Assembly: GCA_964187785.1 (NCBI GenBank)
Contig: OZ076409.1
Location: 5,892,001 to 5,956,000, forward strand
Length of the DNA stretch: 64,000 bases
Direction: 5' to 3'
Origin: Amphiscolops sp. MND2022
Lineage: Eukaryota
The notes below the pieces were generated by a model, which did no database searches, was not told the DNA's origin, and saw only the letters and a program-made list of their open reading frames with translations. The position numbers and the translations under genes are program-made. Shown here piece after piece: positions 14,262 through 27,593 of the stretch. Positions within the stretch are counted from its first letter, which is position 1. The number at the start of each line of letters is the position of its first letter.

Positions 14262-14889
14262 CAACTGTCAGTAACAATCGACAACAGACTCAACAACAAC
14301 CAAAAAATACGACCCAATTAGGATCGAAGACTGTCGAACCCTTACTTGCTACATCATTATAGAAATATATATTGACCTAAATTTTCTTCAGAAGTAATAT
14401 TCACTGATTCAGAAAAACTTTCGATCGAAACAAAAAATTTTCCAAATGTTACTAAATCGCCAAATGAAGCACCTCCCTTTATAACAGATGATTTGAAAAA
14501 CAATATCGAAAAAAAATTGAAGGGGGACCCTTTGTAGACATTGGAAAATTTTCGGAAAAAATGTCTCACAAAGTCGAAATAACATTGAAAAATTCATCAA
14601 GAAACGTTATATCCGGAATTCGCAATACCCTGTTATCGTTAATTCTAGATTGTGTTGTGTTATTGTCGAAGGGGACTCCTTAGCCCTTTTTACAGCTTTG
14701 AAAATTCTCCAAGGAAGTTATATCCAGTAAACGTTATAGCTTTTAAAACTTATAAAATCTGTCACTTCGTTTGGTCTTTAAAAAATTTTAAAAATGAAAA
14801 AGCAGAGTGCTATAGTCGTCTTTTTCTACGGAAGCGCTGACTAACAAGGGAGGTATGAATTAATAGTAAAAGAAACACTATAATAACCA

Positions 14890-15295
14890 GAGCCGTATAT
14901 GTGGTAAAGGAGTCCGCTTAGATCTTTTTCCTTCTGACTCGCTCCAATCCCAGTCATACGAATTTATTGAAACTGTACACATAGGACCATATTATGGTGT
15001 AGAAAATGACTGTAGAAAATTTTGTTCGAATCGTATGGACAGTTTTTGCGAAAATAAAAAAAAGTCGAAAAATGACTTTTTTGGCCATTTTTGGGCTAGT
15101 TTTGGCTGTTTCTCACATTCCAGTCATACGATTTTGATGCCTTTGCGCACGCAGGGACCCCTTTGGGTGTAGAATGACTGTGCAAAATTTCATGAAAATC
15201 GCATGGATAGTTTTTCATGAAAAGGTCGGGAGAAAAAAAAACAGAAAAAAAACGACACGATTGCACATTAGTCGATAATTTTTTCTGACTCCTTA
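14890..15295 (-). mobile_element. Helentron-like family D (171-bp core)
   Basis: gccgtatatgtggtaAAGGAGTC at the left and GACTCCT at the right. The core is shared with 30070-30868, 43470-43762 and 44437-44734. Confidence 0.6.
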
Positions 15296-15296
15296 A

Positions 15297-15794
15297 CCCT
15301 AATTGACCTGGGCGTTTTTGCAACTTTTCGAAAATTCGGATTAAAAATTTTAAACCATTATTATCTCCACAACTACGCGTACCAGAGAAACGAACTATAG
15401 CGCGTTTGAAAGGTCTGGTATTGGGCTTTCATTTTGGTCAGTTGAGCGCCTGTCCCCGCGCGCCCCCTTCTCCAGAATTTGTTTCTTTTTCCGGTACCGC
15501 CACTTTGTGGCAGTTCACACTTCGTGCGGCCCGCGGGGGCTTGTATTAACAACTGAATATTATTGGGATTTGTTGAGTAAGAACATGTTGTGCAAATGTA
15601 TGGGGTTGGTTTTTGCTATGGGTGAAAATTGTTTTGAGAAAACTGGATTTTACCAAAAACGGAACTTTAGAAAAATCTAGGTGTCAATGAACTGTTGAAT
15701 AAAAACTGTGCTAGAGAATATGGGCTGCTGGCAAACGGAATCAGAAATTGAAAAAATGGTAGGCTGCTTTAAAGTACTACCAGGTTAATTAGGG
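15297..15794. mobile_element. piggyBac-type MITE
   Basis: TTAA on both sides. TIRs CCCTAATTGACCTGG and CCAGGTTAATTAGGG match at 14 of 15 positions. Confidence 0.85.
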
Positions 15795-15858
15795 TTAAAA
15801 TCAATGTGGCAGGTGTAAAACGCGTGTAAAACAATTAGGCAATTGTAATTAAGCTGAC

Positions 15859-16138
15859 CTGGATTGCGGGTTGTATTCGAGGATGTAGAAGAAGTGATCG
15901 GGGAGGGGGTCGAACTCGGAGGCGGCGGCACAGATGTCGCGGAAGTGGGTGACGTGGCAGTGACCGCGGAGGTTCTTGGCGGCCACGAAGCTGAGCTGGC
16001 GTGTGGAGAAGAGTTCTCGCTCCTTGAACTCCTGCTCCGAGAAGTTGAACTGCTGCTCGTTCAGCCACTTCTCCACCGAGGAAGGCGAGGCCACAACCCC
16101 CGCACTCGCCTCTGCACCCCCAGCAGAACAGGCACCAG
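15859..16138 (-). CDS. RERE: RERE exon, C-terminal part of BAH (…KERELFSTRQ…LRGHCHVTHFRDICAA…HFFYILEYNPQSR)
   Basis: gtgtgttcag acceptor, gtcagc donor, phase 1 to 2. Resembles RERE RELFISD…LRGKCNISHFSDIFAA…SFFYILGYNPETR. Confidence 0.93.
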
Positions 16139-16435
16139 CTGAACACACAAAACCAGGCTTGGGAAAAATCCGATATTTATCCGATATTATCAAAAATAGG
16201 CCCCTGTGGGGCACAGTATTATTTCTGCCTTTTAGGCTTTCATGTTCAATAATAGAAGCATATCTGGAATAACTAAACACTCCTGTTTAATCATTATATA
16301 GCGCACAATTAATCACTACCAGTTTACACCGCCTTTATTTCTCTGACTAAAGAAAATATAACTACCAAGCGTAGACGAAGTTTCGCATTCGCATTTGAAT
16401 GCAGGCGAAGCTCTCCGTGAACGAATAATTAACAC

Positions 16436-17218
16436 TCATCAGCTTCATCTCAATGAATTCCGAGTACGACTGCATAATTACCACTCGCTCGTTTCATCCC
16501 ACGAGAACCGAATTGTCGTCGGCAGCTTGAGAAATTTAAATCTCACGTTTATACTCACTGCCGAACAAAAAATCTGAATTGACACCAGTCTTCAAGCTGT
16601 TCGGGGGATGGGAAAAGCGTTTTTTCACAGAACTGTTTTTTTCAACCAAAACAATCGATTTCTTATTTAGTTGCCGGCAGGGTTGGTTTTAAAACGTGAA
16701 AATTATTTTCATTATACTTTAAAACGTTTTTAAAACAGACTTCGAGAGCTAAAAACTCAATTCACTCCATTATCACAATTCAGTTCTTTATCGCTCAGAA
16801 AATGAAGCTGAATTCAGCAAATGCAAACAAAAGGCCAGTTTACGGACTTTCTCAGGTTTTAGTCTATTCCGAATTTCAGAATGTAGGTGACCCATGGATG
16901 GAAAAACTCTCTGCAGACCAGCTGACGACGGTGTGAAAGGTCTGCGAAAATAGAAAGGAACGATAACTGTTTTAAAACACGGTGTCATGTCACGGAAAAT
17001 GGCATTGTTTCAAAGCTGTTCGAAAACGAAAAAAGCTTTCAACGAAAAAATATTTAACACTAGTTCGCTTCATGTCAATGAATTCCGAGTACGACTGCAT
17101 AATTACCACTCGCTCGTTCCATCGCACGAGAAACGAATTGTTGTCAGCGTTTATAATCGGCAGCTTGAGAAATTTAAATCTCACGTTTATACTCACTGCC
17201 GAACAAAAAATCTGAATT
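16436..17218. repeat. Pair of ~150-bp direct repeats (16436-16580 and 17066-17218)
   Basis: Both copies contain caatgaattccgagtacgactgcataattaccactcgctcg…gccgaacaaaaaatctgaatt. Confidence 0.9.
16678..16990 (-). mobile_element. hAT remnant (dimerisation-domain fragment)
   Basis: PSSAGLQRVFPSMGHLHSEIRNRLKPEKVRKLAF in ORF 16788-16988. CAGGGTTG terminus at 16678. Confidence 0.75.
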
Positions 17219-18605
17219 TTTCAGAAGGCACACAAATCGAGTACGAAAAGTTGACTGAAGAAAAAAAAAGCAAAGTTCAAATTTCAATATCATTCCTGCT
17301 CAATATTTCGATATTATCGCAGAAAAAAAATCGAATATTTTTCGTTTTTCTTGCTTGATATTTTGGATATTCATTTTCCGCGCAAGTTTCTTGAATATAG
17401 AAAGGACATTGATTTTAAACTTCTATCACTTTCTCAGTGCCGAAAAATAACCCAAAGGATACGCATAAAACTCGAAAACCCCTTCACCCCCCCCCCCCAA
17501 TTGGAAACAAAAAATCCATTTTTCGATAAAAAATTAACAAGTATCAGTAAAGTGCCCCGACTTAGAAAAGCAGAACTGCTTATTCGGCCTCCACCCAGCG
17601 GTAATAGAGAAATTACCTTTCTTGTTCTATCCAGTCATGTTGTGCGAAATCTTTCTAACAGCTTTTTCAACGATAACCGATAACCGAAAATTTTTTTTGA
17701 CCAAAGTTAAACCAATTTTCGCCATGAATCTGAATTTAACCTATTTTTGAACAAATTTTTCCGGTGCATTAAGGTTTAATTTTGTGGCCATTTCCTAAAA
17801 GATTCAAGGTTGAGAAAATAACCGATATTTATTTATATGTCAAAAATATCGAAAACTTTGCGTTTTTTGGCTTATTTTTGATATTTATTTTTATTAATAA
17901 ACAGTATTTCATTTCAAAAATGAACTATTTTTTCTTCAATCTTTTTCAAAATACTTCGACATGCTTTGCCATTCATTCGGGGATACCCGGCATTTAACTT
18001 CGATACAATTTACAAATTGTCCAAATTTCCCCTGGCCTTCTGCCCATTTTCGACCAGAAAAGAAGACACTATATGTTAGTCTTGATATATTTCACACATC
18101 CCTGCACAAAACACCAGTTCAATGGAACGTCGATGCATCCGGTGTCAAGATCAGTGATGACCATTTTAACCAGTGGTTTAACAAATGATTAAAAAGTCAA
18201 TTTGTTTCTTGTGAACTAGATGAAACGATCAGCGATTGCTGCTGAGAATCCACAACAAAACCAAAAATTTGTTCAACTATTTTTAAAAATTTACAGATTC
18301 TGAGATTGACCTTATGTCGCTTCTTCTAATAGCACTACTGTGCTGCTGAGACTGAGATTCTGTTCTTTTCTGTTCAGGTCAGTTTGAAACAATTTTTTGA
18401 CATTTTCCATCGAAAAAACATTCAATAAGGGGGAAAATAACAATGAGGGTTTTGCCGCTCACAAACTTGGAAACTTCCAAGTTAACAGAACAAACTGTAT
18501 ATTTCGATAGAACAGAAAAAGTCTCCTCAAATTTTGAGCGCAAGTAGACCTAACAGGAACAGGTAACAGAAAGGGGTCTCAGATTGTGTGAGATTAGATT
18601 CTTAC

Positions 18606-18941
18606 AGGCAGAAGGCGGCGGCGCAGAAGTTAGCAGATGCTGTTCTAGCTGGGCTACTGCTGCTGCTGTAGTGGAAGAGCACTCGTTGGTGGGATGGGGG
18701 GTGTCATCCTGGCGACAGGTAGCGGAGAAGGAGGAGGAGGCGAGGAGGTGAGCAGAGTCCGCAAGGGTGGGGGTGGGGGTGCCGTTGACACCTCCTTCAG
18801 AGCAGCTGGGGGGTCGACGTGCCTCACACGACGTGGAAGAGGAGGAGGAGGCAGAACAAGGCGGTGCAGCTTCAGAAGCAGAAGCAGTTGTTAGACAGTC
18901 ACCACGACCATTGAGAAGTTTGTCTTTGTACTCCAACCATT
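18606..18941 (-). CDS. RERE: RERE exon, Ser/Ala/Pro/Thr-rich insertion within BAH (EWLEYKDK...SAPPPSA)
   Basis: gtttgtttcag acceptor, gtaaga donor, 336 nt, phase 1-1. GC-rich open frame that joins both neighbouring exons in frame. Confidence 0.75.
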
Positions 18942-19189
18942 CTGAAACAAACAACAACTTGTTTTTCAAAGAATTTTGCTGAAATGTCTTTTTTTCATTT
19001 CGCTACCCAAGCCTATTTTTTCATTACCTATTTATTCGAGGTAAAAACATAAACGTGATGACCAATTTTGAAAATAGTATTTTAGGTTGCTGCATAATTG
19101 ATTCTAGGGGCAGAGACTCGACGAGCTGTATAAGCTCTTTCTCTGTCCCTTTTAGATGCTATCAATGTATTTATATATGAATTTACAAA

Positions 19190-19517
19190 CTTTTGATGTT
19201 TGCATCTGAATACATAAACTTCCTTCCTTCCATCAACACGTTTCAATCTCTTTTTTACCCAATATGCCTAACAAAATAGCAAATGAAACTAGTCTTGTAT
19301 GCCAGCCTTTTTGTGGTTTGAAATGTAACCCAGATGAATATCATATGTTATTAACCTGTAATGAACTTGGCGAAATAAGCTCCCGCCGGAATTTTTATAT
19401 AAGTATTTGTTAAGTTATTAAGTGCTAAATTTGACATATAAAAACAAAAGTACTTTGTAATTTGTACGCCTCCGGGCAACAAATGATTAATTCAATTTAT
19501 TATATTCTATTCTATTC
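19190..19517 (+). mobile_element. Possible 3' end of a decayed LINE
   Basis: Reads CQPFCGLKCNPDEYHMLLTC (Cys/His knuckle-like), followed by a (TATTC)n tail. Confidence 0.35.
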
Positions 19518-20437
19518 AAAACCCACTTTTCGGTTCGTTCAATGACTTTGGTTTCTTCATCTTCTGGGATTTGTACTGAAATGTATCTGCGACAATTTCA
19601 CGTCAATAAAGCTAGAAAGAAGCAGAGGCCCCCATTGAAGCTTTTCGACACTGCCCGATTTTCTTCCGATAAAAAATTTCACAGCCTTCGGTTTTCACAC
19701 TACTTTAGCTCCAGAAAAGTCGTTTAACAAGTCTGAAAGGTTAACTCTTTTGAAGTTTTCGGCACTGCGACTTTTTCAACAAAAAAAATCGAATTTTACC
19801 CACCAAATTGGTTTTTGTATGATTCAGTCAGAGAAAAGCGTTTTTCGAGGCTACAGGGGCCCCATTGGATTTTTTTGATCTCTCTAAGTTGAAAATTTAC
19901 TGGAAGCGACTCTGTGCATATTCGAGACTTTTCGCTTTTTGAGCATTGAGATGTTCTCGTCTTGTTTGCAAACCTATCTTGCTCACAAGTGGTGACCAGA
20001 ACTTAACTTTCCTGACTGTCCCCATTGGCTCGCGTAAGAGACACACTAAATGAATGGATTACTACACAACACAAGGCAGGGGTTCAATGAGATAGTATGG
20101 AAGTATTAGAAACTATATCCTAGCTAAAATCTAAGGTTGAAGATTGTAATTAGAAAGAACATTGGTCGACTAATTCACAAGTTACGCAGTATGGGTAAGA
20201 AAAAGCCGAGAACAGCTTAAAATAGGTGCATAAAATTGGATGCTAGCTTATTTCGAAACCCGACATCCTGCTTCGGGAAGCCAATGCTCTAACCACTGGG
20301 TCAACTGTCATATAAAACGCTACGAATTTGATATCGGCAGCCCTATCAGTTCCGTCGCATTTGTGCCTTTCTTGAAGGAACAGTGAAAAGTGCCAACTAA
20401 AAACGTCTAAAATGCAATGCCTCAAAATAAGGTTCAA

Positions 20438-20487
20438 CACAGAGGCGAAGCGGTGCTTCGCAACACATGACGAAGATAGCTCTACGT

Positions 20488-20536
<49 letters not shown>

Positions 20537-20766
20537 CGTATATATTCAATCGCATGCGTATATATTCAACAGTTCAACTTTGTTCAATAACGTCCCTATG
20601 GCACAGTGGTCAACGCTTATGCCGTGCAATCGGGAGGCTGCAGGTTCGAATCTCTCTGGGGTTTTGGCTTTTCTCTAAAAGGCGCTCTTTGTCAAGTTGA
20701 CTATTGTGGAAAAAAAAACTTCTTTAGCTGGACTGCAATGCACATTGACTTCGTCATGTGCAAAAA
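20438..20766 (-). mobile_element. Helentron/DINE-like family B with (TA)n expansion and tRNA-like cassette
   Basis: Same termini as 13750-14039. (TA)n at 20490-20532. Confidence 0.7.
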
Positions 20767-20823
20767 TCAGGAAAAAGGTCGTATAGGAACGCCTTGATTT
20801 CTCCTGTATCTTTGCCAACATTA

Positions 20824-21295
20824 ACAAGCCGGGACCGGCCCAAGTCGGCGCCATATCTAAGGCTCAAAAATAGCAAAAGGACTTCAATATGTCAAAGTAT
20901 TGGTGAGTTGGGGACCCTTTTATGAAAAAAAGTTTTTGGAAAAAAGTCTCACAATGCCGAAAAAAACTGAAAGGGTGGATCCTTTGGGGGTTTTCAACAT
21001 CCATTTTGTCGCAAAACATCAAAAAATTGAAGGGGGACCCTTTGGGGAAAAAAGTCTCACAATGCCAAAAAAACTAAAAGGGGGGACGCTTTAGTCTCGC
21101 CCGGTATGGTATGTTACGCGGGAAAACAGGAAAAACCTTTTTGGTTCAGTTCGCAAGGCCAAATGTAGATTGTTGTAGAACTTTTTTGTAGAATTTTTGT
21201 AGAACTATTTTGGTCAGTTCAGGTGGTCTTAAAAAACACTGACGAAAAGCCATGACTATAGTCGACTCTTTTCTAAAAAAAGCGCCGACTAAAAA
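20824..21295 (-). mobile_element. Helentron/DINE-like family A, complete copy
   Basis: aacaagccgggaccggcccaAGTCGGCGC at one end and tagtcgactc…AGCGCCGACTaaaaaa at the other. Confidence 0.75.
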
Positions 21296-22889
21296 ATTGG
21301 TTTGGTACGGGACTCGAACGCAAGAGCTTCTGATTCACAAAGCCTGAAAATCAGCCTTAACCGCTGAGCCAAAAGGTGAGAATAACCTATCTGACAAGTT
21401 AAAGAATTGAACTTATAGAAATGTGTCAGTTCGCTGGGCTTTTAAAAAAGCCACCACTATAGTCGGCTTTTTCTAACGAAAAGCGACTTCTGAAAAATCA
21501 ATTCTGGTTAAACAGCTTTGACCATTGCAAGTTCCACCAATTGATCTCATATTCGTCTTTTAAAAAACCTCCCAGCCATACAAACTCAAAATCAAAATAA
21601 TTTCTACTACTAGTAGTTGAAGAAAAAACGCTGAAGGTTCAAAAAAAGTTTTGTGCCGATCATCATCAGAACGCCAATATCGATTACTTCAAAAATGAAA
21701 AAAAATCTACTTTCTCTAAAATCAATCAAGATGTGTCTTGCCAACTCAGACTGCCCGTCTAGACATTTGACTCTGTTTTACCAATTACAGACAGATGTCA
21801 CAAATACAAATGACGATGGCCAAGAGAAATTAGTTTAGAAACCAGAAAATCCAATTTTGAACCTTTTGTCGCTAACTTCTCAACAAAACCGATGACCAAC
21901 ATTGTATAAGTAGGTGTAAAATTTCTCCAAACCTAAAATTTATTTTTCCTTGAAAGGCATATCGTCAAAAATTCAAAGAGAGCTTTGAAGAAAATGTGAT
22001 GAGGAAATAAAGATACGTGATCAAACCGCATTAAACAGAAATACAAACCTGATTGTTATTGAGATTTGAAAATGGCGGGAAGTAAAAACTAAAACATCTC
22101 AAGACTGGCATAATTGGGCCTTCTAAATTTTCGTACGACGCAAATTAGATTCAATCTAGTTTTCAGTAATTTTTTGTATTATTCTGACGAACAAACGCGG
22201 CGAAAACGAGAAAAAGAAGGTAAATAATGGGAGTGAAGAAAACACTTAATAGACAGCTGCGATTGGGAAATTTGTAGAATGATTTGAAAATTGGTGAAAC
22301 TGCGGATGAATAATTGAGACTACGACTGGCGAGCGACCAGCGAAGCATTGCCAGAGTATCATCCAGAGAAAAGTATCTGGATCAGAGAACAGTACAAAGT
22401 GAGTGTGACGTTTTTGTTGATTGTCCAACAGCAGCTACTTATCCATAATTCACTTCCCGACTTTTCCTTCTGCCTCCGCTGCTGAAATCCAGTTTATATG
22501 CCACTTATCCAGAGAATCCCAGCTAATGTATGCCAAAAACTGAGCGATAGTTTGTTGAAAATTCGTCTGTAAGCTCAATTCGGAACAAGCTGAGTAGACC
22601 GAATCAATAATTAATCTCGAGAAGCAATCAGTGATTCAGGAAAAACTGCAAAGTAGGTATGCGACAATGCTTTTCATGGGAATATGTATTGAGAATAAAG
22701 AATTTTAGGAAAGTATTATGTATCAGCTAACAGCACTGTACTTCGCGATTTTTAAAAAAATCAAAAATACAAGCTTTCAAGTTCAAGTTACCGTTGTTTA
22801 ATGGTTTAATGGGCTGTTTGGTATGAAAACTGAGCTAACTACTGCACCTTTCAATTAAAAATAAGGCGAGATAATGCGCCAACAAATAA

Positions 22890-24300
22890 ACACCTACTAG
22901 CAGAAAACACCAAACTACTGAGTCCACATCAATTTGGTTTCAGAGCAAACTTTTCCACTGCGGACGCTCTCCTTTATGCCACAGAGAAAATTCGGTTTGA
23001 TATTGATAACAAAAACGTTGTTGCGGCAGCCTTCTTAGATCTCTCAAAAGCATTTGATTCGATCTCCCACGAAATCCTTTTACAAAAACTTCACAACCTA
23101 AATTTTAGCGAAAATTCTATTGCGATGATTCGGAGTTTCTTAAAACGACGGTTACAGAAAGTCGTTCTCGAAACAACATCTTCTGACTGGATTGAATTAT
23201 ACCAAGGTGTTCCACAGGGCACCATCTTAGGACCCCTTTTGTTTAATATATACGTGAATAGTATGCGATACAGTGTTAGTAAGCCATGCGAACTAGTACA
23301 GTATGCTGACGATACTTTTATATTTGTGAGTGGCAAGAAAATTGAAGATGCGATTAATCTGTTAGAAAAAAACGCAAAATGCTTAGTTGATTTTTTCCAT
23401 AGACATCGTCTTAACCTCAACGACAAAAAAACTGAATTTATCGTTTTCTGCCGAAAATCCACGAACGGTTTGACGAAAAAACTCAAATTGAAAATAAAGG
23501 ATCACCTCATTGAGCACAGAACTATTGTCAAATATCTTGGAGTTTATTTGGACCAAAACCTCACATATGAACCAGAAGTGAAACACCTGCTGAAAAAAAT
23601 GGCTTGTGGTATTAAAACTCTTTACTGTGTCAGAGAATTACTACCCGAAAAAATATGCTTATCACTACTAAACGCTCTGGTCATCAGTCACCTACACTAT
23701 CCAGCACTGTTACTGAACGGAATTTCACAAAATCTAATAACCACGCTCGAAAATCAATTAAGCTGGGGCATTAAAGCTTGCTGTAACAGAAACAAATACG
23801 AATCTTCAAGTGACCTAAAACTCAAACACGAAATTTTCCCTGTCAGATTACTCTTTGACTACAGAGCAAGTACATACTTCTGGAAACTTCAGAAAAATTT
23901 AGTTCCAGCTTTCAATGGGTTGAATAAAATATCCACTGACAAAATCAAATTTCATGACCGAACAGACTCCCTAATTTTTGATGCAAATGCCACAACCAGT
24001 TTTTTACAGAACTGCTTTATGAAAAGAGCAGTTGCCCTGTGGAACAACGTGCCGAAGTCAATATCAAAAAACAAATACTCTTACGAGACTATAAAAACAA
24101 AATTGAAACATTTCTACAACTCTCAAATCAAAAAAGAAGTAGAACAACCTGAGCATAGAATGAAATGTTGGAAAGATTACCGTTTTTAATATCACGTTTA
24201 CACTTTTAAATAATTATCTTTGTTATCTCGTGTTATTTCGTATTATTTTTGTACACTACTGAGCTTTTACACTACTGTTTTTTTTAAAATGATTGAATGT
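22890..24300 (+). mobile_element. 5'-truncated CR1/L2-group LINE (RT and C-terminus intact)
   Basis: Open frame from about 22890 to 24189 with QFGFR, FLDLSKAFD, GVPQGTILGP, YADD and KYLG motifs. Confidence 0.92.
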
Positions 24301-26369
24301 GCTTGTTCATTTCATTTTTTTTAAAAAAATCGGAATTCAGTGTTTTTTTTTTTAGCAAAAAAATATTCGTGGTTGTTCAAAAAATATCGGATCGACTCCT
24401 AAGTGGATCAAGTGGGAATTAAACTCGCAGAAAATCGTAGTAAAAGGCACATTAGCTAGAAGAACTTTGAAAACAAAAACTTGAAAGGGGGGGTTGTATA
24501 GAGTGTAAAACAAAAAATATATATTCAAACCTGAAAGTGGCCGAGCTTATAGTTTGAAGGTGGTTGAAAAAATGCTTGATAATAAAGTTTAAGAATACTG
24601 AAAGAAAAGTAACACCACTTGGCGCTTTAATTTCGTACCTCAACAAGGAGAAAGTGGGGTAAGAAAGTCCTTCGGCAAAAGGTTGCATACGTGCATGTAC
24701 ATTTGGAGAGCTCTCAATCAACTCAGTAATAAAGTTCGTCTTTTTTTCACTAATCGAGGCTCGTAGCAAAGAAACAAAAACGGCGAAACTACAGCACTAG
24801 TTGTAGTAGTCGCAGCATAGTAGTTTTGATGTTTTTGTAGTTTCAGCAGCAGACTACGAGCGAAGCTAAGTCGGAGAAATAGAAAAAAGTGCGATATCGT
24901 TCGTGCTAGAATATTTTAGAGCGTTTGGTGGCTTGTCAGTGACAAAAACAGCGTCACTCGAACGCAGCAATTGTCGAAAGCGCCTTCTCAAGGTAATTAC
25001 AACGACTCTCTCAAACATCCATTAAACTTACCATAATTGACACCACTTCATGACAACTCTCATCACCTATCAAGACTTATCGCATCGTAAAAGCCACTGC
25101 TTCTCATTTCAAAAGCACCAAATAGTTAAGTGAGATTAGAAAATCTCCAAGCAAAAGTCATCAGAGCTGAATGTTCCACCAAATGAAGAAATTTAGGGCT
25201 GAATATTTATTTCAGCAACAGGTAAAAATTTTTGAAAAAAATCATATAGAATAAAAACTTGCGTAAAATCTTAATGTTTTGGTTCTTCATAATTTATTGA
25301 AACAATCCCATTTTCTGAACATTGCAAACATGCGAATAAAGTAGACTTTGTGGCTCAAATAAAGGACAAGAAAACCTATTTGCAATTGAATTGACAATTG
25401 AAACATGCTGCAAGTAATCTCAGCGAACAATAAATTACTGGAGTCAATAAAAAATATCACGTTGGCTCACAGAATCCATCTCACCTAACCAATGGAGCTA
25501 GACAAATAGTATTTTTCTTAACTCCTTTTTCCAATTCGAACAAGGTTGGTTTGACGTTTTTGAGAGAGCTGCCATTCAAATAACAACTTTTGATGTTTTC
25601 ATTGCTCGAAAAACTCACTGATTTGCAGATTGTTTCAAGGATGCTCTAAAGACACACGAGTTTTCTCATGTGCACACTTTAAGTAGTAGTTGGGAACGGC
25701 AAAAGTCGGCGCCTCGCTCAAAACTCAAAATGCGCACAGTACCTAAAAGCTTCCAATAACAGTTTTAAATAATTCTCCATCTCATAGTCGCAGAAAACAA
25801 GGACAAAAACTTGGGAAACCTTTGTTTAATCTAGTTGCCTTTAAAAAATAAAATCAACAGTTAACGTAAAATAGAAACAGGTATTCAAGAATTCGAGATG
25901 TATTCAAGAACATAGGCCGAACAATGGGAAAGTCTGGAAACAACCAGATACTTTTATCAAAATTTCATATTTTTATATCCGAAGTAATTGTTATACACAA
26001 TATATCCGGAATTGAAGTTAGTTTGATTTAATTTGAAAAACTTAGAATCCGGGCGATGACTAAATTCGAACCCCCATTTTCCAGAGGCAGGACGCATGAC
26101 AAGGAAAACGCTAAATCCGAATTTTCGACAATATACCAGGAATATATCGCTTTTTAAACGATTATCAGAAAACAGCAAATAGTATGACTCAATTCGAAAA
26201 AGATGAAAACCCCAGCTTTGGATAAACTCGCACCCTGAATTCCTGACTAACAAGACACAAGAAAACAGGAAAAAGCGCTTTTTGACGTTATAACCGAATC
26301 ATATCACTTTATATATACGTTACTTCCCGAAACGCTAATCCTATAGTTCGTAATGGAAATGAAAAATAT

Positions 26370-26440
26370 TGGACATATGCAGAATTCGAACCCACGCCTC
26401 TTACTTCCATGGGTAACGGTCTTACCATTACGCCATCCGG
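26370..26440 (-). pseudogene. tRNA-like (SINE-head) sequence
   Basis: A box TGGCGTAATGG and B box GGTTCGAATTC. The acceptor stem does not pair well. Confidence 0.5.
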
Positions 26441-26772
26441 TTTTCCACCTGAGACAATTAAGTATACCTTATACAAAAGCTAGCTATTATGGTGACAGCT
26501 GAAAAAAATTCAAGTGGAATGAAAAATTTACAAAAAGTTGAACGGTGTCGAAACGGGAGGACTTTTTAGGCTGAAAAAGACTTTCGATAACACAAAACAT
26601 CAAAAAACCAAATGGGAGACTCTTTCAAAAAGTTTCAAAATGTTCGGAATAAAGTCGAAACGTGCCGAAAATGAACCGAAAAATGGCTGGAAATCCGAAA
26701 AAGCATGTTGAAAATAAAAGGTAGAAACCAAAATGAACGGGAGGACCTTTTGAATAATTTAGGCATGCGGTA

Positions 26773-26935
26773 CAGTAAACCCTCGATTGTCCGCCACCTT
26801 TGGTCAACCGCCACAAATCTACGGGGACATTTTGCTATAACACCCGTGTCTAAGCTCCCTTGATTAACCGCCACTCTCACTTATCCGCCATAATTCGCGC
26901 TGGACCGATGGTGGCGGATAATCGAGGGTTTACTG
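26773..26935. mobile_element. Tc1/mariner (pogo-like) MITE
   Basis: About 26-bp TIRs CAGTAAACCCTCGATT.TCCGCCACC with a TA target-site duplication. Confidence 0.9.
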
Positions 26936-27593
26936 TACTAATTTTGGCGGCATTCGGCACGAAATAGTCATATCAACCGGATGGAAAAACCCGCATGTGC
27001 GGTAAAAGGAGCCGGAAACGGGTTAAAATATTGAAAAACAAATTACATACTTTATTATCGTTTGGTGCTTTTTGCTCTATCTTGGCTATGTCTCTCAGAT
27101 GCCAGTCACACAATTCAGATGTCATTACACACATAGGACCCTAATATGGTGTAGAAATAGTAACATTTTCGACTCTTTTATTGTTAATAACAGCCATTTA
27201 TGCGCAACAAACCTCAGGCTCGTAACGTAGAACTAGACCAAGTTTTTGTAGCATCTAGCATAATGGGAAATTTGGGTAAAAGTGCTTGAGCTAATACATT
27301 CCATCGTTTTCATGGCTTACAAAAATGTGCTCGACGTCAGAAAGATTAAAATTCGAGATCAAGTTTTTTAACTTCATAAAGTATCGGCAACCGAGTCTCA
27401 TTTTTTATGACTTAGACTGATTAATGAGACCGCCTAGGTCGAAAATCGGTGAGAAAATTACCAATCGATTTTAAAATCCAACGATACCAGTCATTCAAAC
27501 TTCGCGTGGTTGCTACAAAATCAAGCGGATGTTGTCACGTTTGAAAACAAGTCTTTTCAAAAGTGCAGCAGAATTACAGGCCGAAGTAGAAAA

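Noticed and set aside
1..15858. Next RERE exon (RLNSTQGEIRVG-like, ELM2)
   Set aside because: No phase-compatible candidate was found by eye. The 9540-9570 RLQGT-like stretch is out of phase and hits a stop. The exon is probably outside the window or was missed.
15864..18982. Plus-strand ORFs over the GC-rich islands (15864-16272, 18694-18982)
   Set aside because: They are antisense shadows of the RERE exons.
22310..22405. Plus-strand exon-like stretch ending AAA|GTGAGT
   Set aside because: No credible acceptor, an upstream in-frame stop and no recognisable protein.
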